Assembly (NCBI GenBank): GCA_044221035.1
Contig: JBGAPU010000014.1
Span: forward strand, 7,598 to 71,597
Source of the DNA: Chthoniobacteraceae bacterium
GTDB lineage: Bacteria; Verrucomicrobiota; Verrucomicrobiia; Chthoniobacterales; Chthoniobacteraceae
Reading direction: 5' to 3'
Length of the DNA stretch: 64,000 bases
Shown here: piece after piece, positions 1 to 6,765 of the stretch
How positions within the stretch are numbered: position 1 is the first letter of the stretch
Layout of the letters: each line of letters opens with the position of its first letter
Made by a program: the position numbers and the translations under genes
The notes under the pieces: generated by a model
Databases searched by the model: none
What the model was told of the DNA's origin: nothing
Seen by the model: the letters and a program-made list of their open reading frames with translations, nothing else

Positions 1-274
1 CTCCATGAAGTCCTCCTTCGTGAGGTGCTTCAGCAGGTCGGTTCGGAGTTTCATCGGGCATAGGTTAATCCCCGCGGGGTTCGATGCAACCCCCGCAGCA
101 AAGCGCCCCGCCCGCCCCGTGGCGAGCGCATTCGCCATCCCCAGCCCTTCGCGTCACCTCGCCTTGGTTAATGCCGGACGCGGCGTGCGGGTGGCTCACC
201 AGTTCGGATTCGGAAACACGCAGCACCCCGGCCCATGCTTGGGAAGGCCTGCATCCTGCTAAATCCCTCCCGCC

Positions 275-1069
275 ATGGCACGCACCTACGGAAAACCTTC
301 GGAATATCTTTTGAAAGAGGCATCGGACAAGAGCATGCGGATTGTGCTCGGCGGGTTTCTCGCCGTCTTCGCCCTCGGCCTCGCCGTCGGCGGACTGATG
401 CACGCGGCGGAAGTCCATTACGCGCAGATTTCCGCCAGCGTCGTCTTCGCCTGCATCGTCACGGCTCTGGTGTTCTTCTGGTTCAGGCGCCGCGCCCTCG
501 CGTGGGAAAAGGAGCGCCAGAGCTTCCGCAAGGGCGCCCGCGGCGAGGCCGTCGTCGCAGACATCCTCGCGAGGCTCAGCGACAGCTACTTCGTCATCCA
601 CAACCTCCCCACCTCGAACGGCGCCTACGGCGACTACGACCATGTCGTCATCGGGCCCACCGGCATCTTTGTCATCGAGACCAAGGACTGGCGCGGCCAC
701 GTCACCACCGATGGCCACGGCGAACTCCTCCGCAACGGATACCCGACCGAGCGGCCCTTGGTGCGGAAGTTCGTCTCCCGCGTCATGCACCTCCGTGAGC
801 ACGTCCGCGAAGTCACTGGCTGCGAGCACTTCTTTCAGGCCGTCTTCGTCTTCACCTCCGCGCTGCTCAAGGCCGGGAAGGGCGACACGGGAAAGGCCCT
901 CTGCATCTCCGAGGAAAAGCTCTTCGACCTCATCGAGGAGGCAAAGCCCGCCAAGCGCATCCCCGGCACGGACACCCGGAGGATCGCCAAGGCCCTTCAC
1001 GATTTCGCCGTGAAGAATGGAAAGGCCCCGCACCAGCCCGCGGCCACACCCGCACCGGCGGCGGTGTGA
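275..1069 (+). CDS. Membrane-anchored NERD (nuclease-related domain) protein
   Basis: 264-aa ORF. Two N-terminal hydrophobic helices (GGFLAVFALGLAVGGL; VVFACIVTALVFFWF) are followed by a NERD-type core, 'GEAVVADILARL..YFVIHNLP..DYDHVVIGPTGIFVIETKDWRG'. Confidence 0.8.
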   Translation: MARTYGKPSEYLLKEASDKSMRIVLGGFLAVFALGLAVGGLMHAAEVHYAQISASVVFACIVTALVFFWFRRRALAWEKERQSFRKGARGEAVVADILARLSDSYFVIHNLPTSNGAYGDYDHVVIGPTGIFVIETKDWRGHVTTDGHGELLRNGYPTERPLVRKFVSRVMHLREHVREVTGCEHFFQAVFVFTSALLKAGKGDTGKALCISEEKLFDLIEEAKPAKRIPGTDTRRIAKALHDFAVKNGKAPHQPAATPAPAAV

Positions 1070-1070
1070 C

Positions 1071-1742
1071 TCACTGCAAAGCGGATCGCCCGCTTGTTGA
1101 AGTCACGGAGACCGGAAGGCAAATCTCCGGGGCGAGTTTCTGCAACAGGCTGAGCGCTTCGGCATACGTGCGCCTGTCGGCGATGTGTTCAACGTGGTCA
1201 TTCGCATCCAAGCCGTAGATTCCGAAGAACGGCTCGTCGTAGTTCTCGTCGAAAGGGTCATCGCTCGCTGTGAACGCTTCTGTGAAATCATCGCCGAGTA
1301 AGTTGCGCATAGTCTGGATGCGAAACGCCCTGAATGGGGAACCCTGCACGGGATTCGGCGCGATGACATCGATAGGCACGCGCAGACCTGCGGAAGACCT
1401 CACCGGCAGCCCCATGCGAAGCGCCACTCGCAGGCAGTGATTGTCGCCAAAGACGGCAAGGTTCTCGAAGCCCACCACCTCCACGCACGCACCACCAAAT
1501 CTGTCCTCCATCAGGTAAGGCCAGACCTCATCGAGCTCATCGAACGCAATAGTGTCTGAGGCCCATGTTTCAAAGCGCGTCGCCACCCGCATGACGACGC
1601 GCATGAATTCATCGCCGCCGTTGTAGCGCTCGGTGAGGTTCACGCGTTCAGAGCCTTTGGCCGCTTTCATGCACTCCTGCCAAAGTGACAAAGCGCATCC
1701 AAAAACTGCGGCGGGGTCGGGCTGTTCAGCTTCATCACTCAT
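1071..1742 (-). CDS. Hypothetical acidic protein (223 aa), no recognised domain
   Basis: Clean ATG-started ORF. Its stop lies 1 nt from the NERD stop (convergent). Its start lies 38 bp from the divergent HNH gene. Composition is non-repetitive and protein-like, unlike the antisense shadow ORFs. Confidence 0.6.
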   Translation of the reverse strand: MSDEAEQPDPAAVFGCALSLWQECMKAAKGSERVNLTERYNGGDEFMRVVMRVATRFETWASDTIAFDELDEVWPYLMEDRFGGACVEVVGFENLAVFGDNHCLRVALRMGLPVRSSAGLRVPIDVIAPNPVQGSPFRAFRIQTMRNLLGDDFTEAFTASDDPFDENYDEPFFGIYGLDANDHVEHIADRRTYAEALSLLQKLAPEICLPVSVTSTSGRSALQ

Positions 1743-1780
1743 CGCTTTTCCACAAAGCGGCAGGCCGGTAGTTTCCTGGA

Positions 1781-2581
1781 ATGTCTCTCCGGAAAAAATG
1801 GACCCGCGACGAACTGCTCGTCGTTCTCAACCTCTACCACAAGCTCACGTTCGGGAGGCTCCATGCACGGAACCCCGTCATCATGGCGCTCGCTGAAAAG
1901 CTCGGGCGTGGAGCGAACAGCGTGGCAATGAAGCTCTGCAACCTCGCTTCGCTCGATCCCGCGCTGAAGCTCCGGGGCATCAAAGGACTGACCGGCGCGA
2001 GCGCCTTGGACCGCGCCGCATGGGAGGAGTTTCACGCAGACCTCGAAGAATCCGTTCCCGCGAGCGAGGAAGCGTTCCGGGCGCTGTTCGAGGCGGACGC
2101 AAACGCTGAAGTGGAAGTATTGCCCAAAGCGGGTGTGCGTGTGCGCAAGACTCCTCCGCGAGGACCGACGGAAACAGTCGCCAGCGTGAAGCTGCGCAGA
2201 GGGCAGGAATATTTCCGTGACGCGGTGCTGAATAACTTCGGCGGGCGCTGCGGCGTCACCGGTCTCGCTGTTCGCGAATTGCTGATCGCGTCGCACATCC
2301 TCCCGTGGGGGTTGCACCCCGCGGAACGCCTCAATATCCGCAACGGGCTTTGTCTCTCACGCCTTCACGATGCCGCGTTCGATCGCGGCCTAATCGCCTT
2401 CGATGATGGCTTGAGGCTGCTGCTCTCCCCCCAACTCAAGATCGAGATTTCCCAGCGAACAGTGGCCGAAAATTTCGGCGCGTATGCGGGAACACCGCTG
2501 CAAGTGCCGGATGACGCCGTGCTGCCCGACATCGAATTTCTTGCGGCGCATCGCACCCAAGTCTTCCGCAAGCGGTCATAG
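1781..2581 (+). CDS. HNH endonuclease (HNH_2 / putative restriction endonuclease type)
   Basis: C-terminal 'RCGVTGLAVRELLIASHILPW...NGLCLSRLHDAAFDRGLIAFDD' is the His-Me finger pattern of the stand-alone HNH_2 family. The N-terminus 'WTRDELLVVLNLY' is typical of this family. Confidence 0.8.
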   Translation: MSLRKKWTRDELLVVLNLYHKLTFGRLHARNPVIMALAEKLGRGANSVAMKLCNLASLDPALKLRGIKGLTGASALDRAAWEEFHADLEESVPASEEAFRALFEADANAEVEVLPKAGVRVRKTPPRGPTETVASVKLRRGQEYFRDAVLNNFGGRCGVTGLAVRELLIASHILPWGLHPAERLNIRNGLCLSRLHDAAFDRGLIAFDDGLRLLLSPQLKIEISQRTVAENFGAYAGTPLQVPDDAVLPDIEFLAAHRTQVFRKRS

Positions 2582-2968
2582 CACCTCGAAAACGAATTCG
2601 CTCGGCTTCTCGGTGAGCAGCCTCGCCGATTTCACCCGGACTCTGCCAAGGTAAGTGAATGGCGAGTGGTGCCGCTTGCGATGGAACACGTGAATCTCGT
2701 CTCCTCTTTCGTCCGCCATGGCGATGCGTGAATCGGTGCGATGCCCATTCTCTCCCTCCCAATGCAGCGTCGCGCCGCTCAGCATGTCTTCATAGGCCGT
2801 GAGCGATTCCTGTTTCTCCTCAGTGACGAATAGCACGATGTAATTCTGGCCGGCTGGAGTGAACACGCCGCGGGCGATTGCGTGAAAGTCCCGGTATCCC
2901 CACAGCGTGGCGAGGTGGTTGCGGTCCCAGATGGAGTCCTTCGGGATGGAGTCGAATTGAACTGGCAT
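2576..2968 (-). CDS. Stand-alone DUF3427-like domain protein
   Basis: 130 aa with the pattern 'LFVTEEK...YEDML..ATLHWEGE...IHVFHRK...PFTYLGRVRV...KPSEFVFEV'. This matches the DUF3427 layout usually fused to SF2 helicase/nuclease proteins. Its 3' end overlaps the HNH gene stop by 6 nt (TCATAG). Confidence 0.6.
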   Translation of the reverse strand: MPVQFDSIPKDSIWDRNHLATLWGYRDFHAIARGVFTPAGQNYIVLFVTEEKQESLTAYEDMLSGATLHWEGENGHRTDSRIAMADERGDEIHVFHRKRHHSPFTYLGRVRVKSARLLTEKPSEFVFEVL

Positions 2969-3087
2969 GGGTTCCAGAAAGGTCTGAACGAGGAGCCATG
3001 TTCAAGCGCGCTCATAGCGCCGATGAGTCAAGTCGTGCCGCGCCCCGGCGCGCTTGTGTTCCGGGGGGTGGCGGGTATGCTCCCGCC

Positions 3088-3315
3088 ATGTCCGTGACGC
3101 TCACCGCCAACCGCGAACTTCCCATCCCCGAGGAGGTGTGCTCGCAACTGGGCCTGAGGGCAGGGGATGAGTTTGAAGTGCTCACCGCGGCGGACCGCCT
3201 GATCGCGATTCGGAAAGGTGCGGCGAAGCCGGGGGATTTCCGCGCGCTGATGGAGCGGCTCGCCTACGTGCGGGCGGGGCGCCGGTTCAGCCGCGACGAG
3301 GCGAATGAGCGCTGA
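3088..3315 (+). CDS. AbrB/SpoVT-family antitoxin (VapB-like)
   Basis: 75-aa product 'MSVTLTANRELPIPEEVCSQLGLRAGDEFEV' is a SpoVT-AbrB swapped-hairpin motif. Internal ATG at 3088 of the longer ORF 2878-3315. Overlaps the downstream PIN gene by 11 nt. Confidence 0.75.
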   Translation: MSVTLTANRELPIPEEVCSQLGLRAGDEFEVLTAADRLIAIRKGAAKPGDFRALMERLAYVRAGRRFSRDEANER

Positions 3316-3751
3316 GGCGTTTCTGGACACGAACGTCCTCGTCTATGGCTTCGATCCCTCGGAGCCGGAGAAGCAGCGCCGCGCGCTCGGCCTCGTGGAG
3401 TCGGCGCTGCGCGAGGGCAGCGCGGTCATCAGCACACAGGTGGTGCAGGAGTTCCTGAACTTGGCGACGCGCAAGTTTGCGACCGCGTTTTCGGCTGCAG
3501 ACCTGCGCGCGTATCTCGATGCGGTGCTGTGGCCGCTCTGCCGGGTTTTTCCAGACGCCGCGCTCTACGGGCTCGCGCTGGAGGTGCGCGAAGAGACGGG
3601 CTTCAGCTTCTACGACTCGCTGATCGTGGCGGGCGCGCTGGGCGCGGGATGCCGCAGGCTCTATTCGGAAGACATGCAGCATGGCCACACAGTGCGCGGT
3701 CTGGTGATCGAGAATCCCTTTGGCAGCGGCGTGCCGCCGGTCCGGCCCTGA
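3305..3751 (+). CDS. vapC: PIN-domain ribonuclease toxin (VapC-like)
   Basis: N-terminal 'FLDTNVLVY' acidic motif, internal 'QVVQEF' and 'FYDSLIVA' PIN signatures. Translationally coupled to the AbrB antitoxin. Confidence 0.85.
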   Translation: MSAEAFLDTNVLVYGFDPSEPEKQRRALGLVESALREGSAVISTQVVQEFLNLATRKFATAFSAADLRAYLDAVLWPLCRVFPDAALYGLALEVREETGFSFYDSLIVAGALGAGCRRLYSEDMQHGHTVRGLVIENPFGSGVPPVRP

Positions 3752-3844
3752 ACGTCGTCGAGGGCTGATGCCCCCTGCGCGGCGGTGCGGCAACCGGCAC
3801 CATCCGGTCCGATTCGGCGGGTGGGCTGGGCTGGGCCAGCCGCA

Positions 3845-3861
3845 ACTTTTTTCAAAAAAGT
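3845..3861. repeat. Perfect AT-rich 17-bp palindrome ACTTTTTTCAAAAAAGT, preceded by a GC-rich dyad (candidate bidirectional terminator or operator)
   Basis: Read directly. It is the only strongly AT-rich palindrome in this part of a GC-rich window. It lies about 95 bp after the vapC stop and after 'GCTGGGCCAGC'. Confidence 0.4.
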
Positions 3862-4106
3862 GAGGCTGAAAGTGTAACAAAACGGCGCGGGAGGCGTATC
3901 AGCGGGTGAACACCGAAATCTTCACCCCAGCCTCCCCATGAAGCAGACCCCAGCCGCGCTCCGGCGCATTTCCATCATTCCCACCCAGCGGCAGCCCGGC
4001 GATCCCGGCGCCGGGCCGGTGCCCGTGCCCGCATGGGTGCGCGGCACCGCCAGCCTTCACCGCGCGGGCGGCGCGCACTGAGCGAGACCACCGGGAGGAC
4101 GCAGCG

Positions 4107-4598
4107 ATGAGCACGAGGAAATCGGGCAGTGGGTCGGGAGAGCCGGCGGTGCCGGCGTGCGGGGAGAGCGAGGACGGGAACCGGCGCGGAAAGGCGACCG
4201 GGTGTGCGCGGGGACTCGCGAACGGCGAGTTCCGGAGCGCGAAGCGGCCCGTGAAGGGCCGGGGCAACGCGAACGCGCGCGGGCCGCTGGGGAAGGTCGC
4301 GGCCGACGGCACCTCCGAGCTTGGAAAATACTTCGGGCTCGTGGTGCGCATGGAGATGGAGTGGCAGGGCTACAACCAGCGCGGGCTGGCGAATCTCGCG
4401 ATGATGCGGGAAAGCACGCTGAGCCTCCTGCTGAATGCGAAGCACACCGTGTGGATGAGCACCGCGGAGAAAGTGGCCGACGCCCTCGGCTTCATGCTGG
4501 AGGAACTGCTGACGCGCGCGCGCGATTTCATCGAGACGGTGAAGGCCGAGGCCATCCGCGCGGCGGTCCTCGATGCGCTGAAAGCTTCTTTTCTTTGA
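4107..4598 (+). CDS. XRE-family helix-turn-helix protein with Arg/Gly-rich N-terminal extension
   Basis: 'LGKYFGLVVRMEMEWQGYNQRGLANLAMMRESTLSLLLNAKHTVWMSTAEKVADALGF' fits the Cro/C1 HTH pattern. The start codon is uncertain because the N-terminal 70 aa are low complexity. Confidence 0.55.
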   Translation: MSTRKSGSGSGEPAVPACGESEDGNRRGKATGCARGLANGEFRSAKRPVKGRGNANARGPLGKVAADGTSELGKYFGLVVRMEMEWQGYNQRGLANLAMMRESTLSLLLNAKHTVWMSTAEKVADALGFMLEELLTRARDFIETVKAEAIRAAVLDALKASFL

Positions 4599-4761
4599 AG
4601 CACACCTGACCCCGCGGCCCGCTTCAATCGCGCCCGTGCCACAGAACGAACCACTTTTCTGGGATGACGAAAGCGACCCCGCCCTCGTGTGGGATTCGCC
4701 GCTCCCGCTCGAGTGGGACGGCCTGCGGCCGGACAACAACAACAACCAACAGAACAACACC

Positions 4762-5265
4762 ATGCCAGACGACAACCGAATCAGCGCCACCGTGTCCCCG
4801 ACCGACAAGGCGGCAATCATCACCAAGCTCACGGAGATCAAGGCCCTGCTGCCCTTCCTCCTGAACCTGACGAAGGACGAGCGCATCCAGCTCCCGAAGC
4901 TCGGCGGCGCGTCGCTGCTCTTTGACGAGCAGTGCGCGAGCTACATGGCCAGCGCGCCCACCCTCGTGCCGCCCTATGTGGACCCGGCCGAGGTCGGCAA
5001 GGACCGCGCCCTGCGGCTCGTGATCGCGGACATCCTCCGCGAGGTGAAGAAGCTCTGCGAGCAGCTCGACGACACGCTGCTGCTCATCGGCAGCGAGATC
5101 TGGATGGCGGACCTGTCCTTTTACCAGATGGTGCGCCAGGCCGCCCGCCGCAACGTGGTGGGTGCGGACACCGTGTATGACGACCTGAAGGAACGTTTCC
5201 CCGGCCTGAATGGCGACCCGGAGGAGGAGCCGGAGGATCCCGAGAATCCGAACCCCACGCCGTAA
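4762..5265 (+). CDS. Conserved-looking hypothetical protein (167 aa)
   Basis: ATG at 4762 is preceded by an unusual A/C-rich leader (ACAACAACAACAACCAACAGAACAACACC). The product is helical and non-repetitive, with an acidic Pro-rich tail. The ORF track alternative start is GTG at 4636. Confidence 0.55.
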   Translation: MPDDNRISATVSPTDKAAIITKLTEIKALLPFLLNLTKDERIQLPKLGGASLLFDEQCASYMASAPTLVPPYVDPAEVGKDRALRLVIADILREVKKLCEQLDDTLLLIGSEIWMADLSFYQMVRQAARRNVVGADTVYDDLKERFPGLNGDPEEEPEDPENPNPTP

Positions 5266-5475
5266 CACCGGCATCCGAGCATGAAAGGGATGAACACCCA
5301 CCTCGCTGGGCACTGTGGGGCAGATGCCGTGAATCGCCGAGGCGGACGGGAAACCGGTGCCGCCGGGGTTCCGGGATGGCCCTGAATGCGCCGAACCTGC
5401 GGTATCCGACCAGTTTGGCGGGTAAAATGCGGGTCCAAGCCTCGATATCGCACAAAACCATGGCGAAACGGCACC

Positions 5476-5800
5476 TTTCACCCCGCGAGGGGGGACCCCT
5501 AGGGGTGGTCATCACCACCCCTGAGGGTGGTCATCGGCACCCCTCGGGGTGGTCGGTGGGGACCCTCCGGGGTGGTGATCGCCACCCCCGGAGCCCCCGA
5601 TCGGGACCCCTTGGGGTGGTTCCCGGGTGCCCTCGGGGTGGTGATCGGCAGCCTCGGGGGTGGTCGGTGGGCACCCTTTGGGGTGGTCATCGGGGGCCTC
5701 AGGGGTGGCTGCCGGGACCCCTCGGGGTGGCGATCGGGTGCCCGAGGGGTGGTCAACGGCAGCCCTCGGGGTGGCGATCACCACCCCGGAGGCTGCCGAT
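5476..5800. repeat. Degenerate 22-bp tandem array (about 13-15 units) with phased GGGGTGG cores
   Basis: GGGGTGG or a near-variant recurs at 5502, 5524, 5546, 5569, 5613, 5635, 5657, 5680, 5702, 5724, 5746 and 5768, giving spacings of 22-23 bp. Each unit carries a CCC-N3-GGGG mini-dyad. The region is open in all six frames, and the period is not a multiple of 3. Confidence 0.85.
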
Positions 5801-6130
5801 GGGGAGCCCGAAGGCTCCGGCCCGGATGCCCGCGACGCGCTCCCGGAATCCCCGGGAGGCGGCGACGACATGCCCGGCGGGTGGCCGCGGGAAGCCTGAA
5901 AGGCAGTCTTTGCCTGCCCAAACGGTGCCTCACCGAACCAGCCACGCCGCATCGTCGAACTTCACGACCCCGTCTTTCACCGCCGCGCCCACCTCCATCC
6001 CTCATCCTCGCTGCCATGAAAGACCGAGTCCCGCGACTCACGCCACCCCTGTTCCCGCTCCAGAGCCGCTCTCCATCACCCACTTTGCACACTCAAACGA
6101 ACGAAACCGCTCATATAAACGCCTGCGCCA

Positions 6131-6172
6131 AATCCGCAATCCGCAATCCCAAATCCACAATCCCAAAACTCC
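6131..6172. repeat. Six tandem heptads (AATCCGC-type) abutting a start codon
   Basis: The six heptads AATCCGC AATCCGC AATCCCA AATCCAC AATCCCA AAACTCC are followed directly by the ATG at 6173. Confidence 0.8.
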
Positions 6173-6607
6173 ATGCCCTTCGACCCCAATCTCCCCGCCT
6201 CCGGCTCCCGTATCCAATCCCAAGTCGTCCGCGACCAGCTTAATGGACTGAAGTCGCTCATAGACAATGTGCCCGGCATCACCGCCGTGGTGATTGACAG
6301 CGTGACCACGCTGCCGCCCGGCGAGGCGGCCACCGTGGGTGCCAGCGTCGCCGCCGGTGTGCTGCACCTCAGCTTTGCCATCCCGCAGGGCACCGCCGGG
6401 ACGAATGGAGCCGATGGTTCCCAAGGCCCGCAGGGCCCGATGGGTGCCGTGACTCCGCAGAACCTCGACGACGCCATCGTGACCACGGCCCGGAACCCGA
6501 GCGCCATCGGGCCTTTCGCTGGCACGTTCAGCGACCCGCCGACGCAGGCGGAGCTGGTGGCGTTTGCGGCGCACGTGGAGACGCTGCGCGCGGCGCTGGT
6601 GAGGTGA
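6173..6607 (+). CDS. Small collagen-like (Gly-X-Y) protein, tail-fibre-like architecture
   Basis: 144 aa. 'GTAGTNGADGSQGPQGPMG' gives six G-X-Y triplets (nt 6389-6445), flanked by non-repetitive N- and C-terminal regions. Confidence 0.55.
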   Translation: MPFDPNLPASGSRIQSQVVRDQLNGLKSLIDNVPGITAVVIDSVTTLPPGEAATVGASVAAGVLHLSFAIPQGTAGTNGADGSQGPQGPMGAVTPQNLDDAIVTTARNPSAIGPFAGTFSDPPTQAELVAFAAHVETLRAALVR

Positions 6608-6640
6608 GGGAGATGACGAATGGGCGGGGTGGAGTGGCCG

Positions 6641-6696
6641 GTGCTCAGTGCTCAGTGCTCAGTGCTCGGTGCTCGGTGCTCGGTCCTCGGTGCCCA
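6641..6696. repeat. Eight tandem heptads (GTGCTCA/GTGCTCG type)
   Basis: GTGCTCA x3, GTGCTCG x3, GTCCTCG, GTGCCCA. Lies in the convergent intergenic region between the stops at 6607 (+) and 6766 (-). Flanked by GAATGAC-type heptads at 6612-6622 and 6705-6720. Confidence 0.85.
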
Positions 6697-6765
6697 TCCA
6701 TCGGGAATGACGGGATGACGGGGGGAGCGTTTGGGGTCCGGAAGGCACCGTCTGCCGGGGATGAA

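Noticed and set aside
1-54. Start of a minus-strand gene leaving the window ('MKLRTDLLKHLTKEDFME...')
   Set aside because: Only 18 codons are visible, which is too little to support a call, although it may be a real gene.
65-1033. 322-aa ORF antisense to the NERD gene
   Set aside because: It has a low-complexity Gly/Asp/Ala composition, and the opposite strand carries a recognisable NERD domain.
5476-5800. Possible CRISPR array
   Set aside because: The units are contiguous and degenerate with no unique spacers between them, and no cas genes are present.
5376-6251. Several 80-290-aa ORFs on both strands across the 22-bp array (for example 'PLGVVITTPEGGHRHPSGW...')
   Set aside because: The repeat period is 22 bp, not a multiple of 3. 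All six frames are open and the 'proteins' are Pro/Gly/Arg repeats. They are a by-product of the DNA repeat, not genes.
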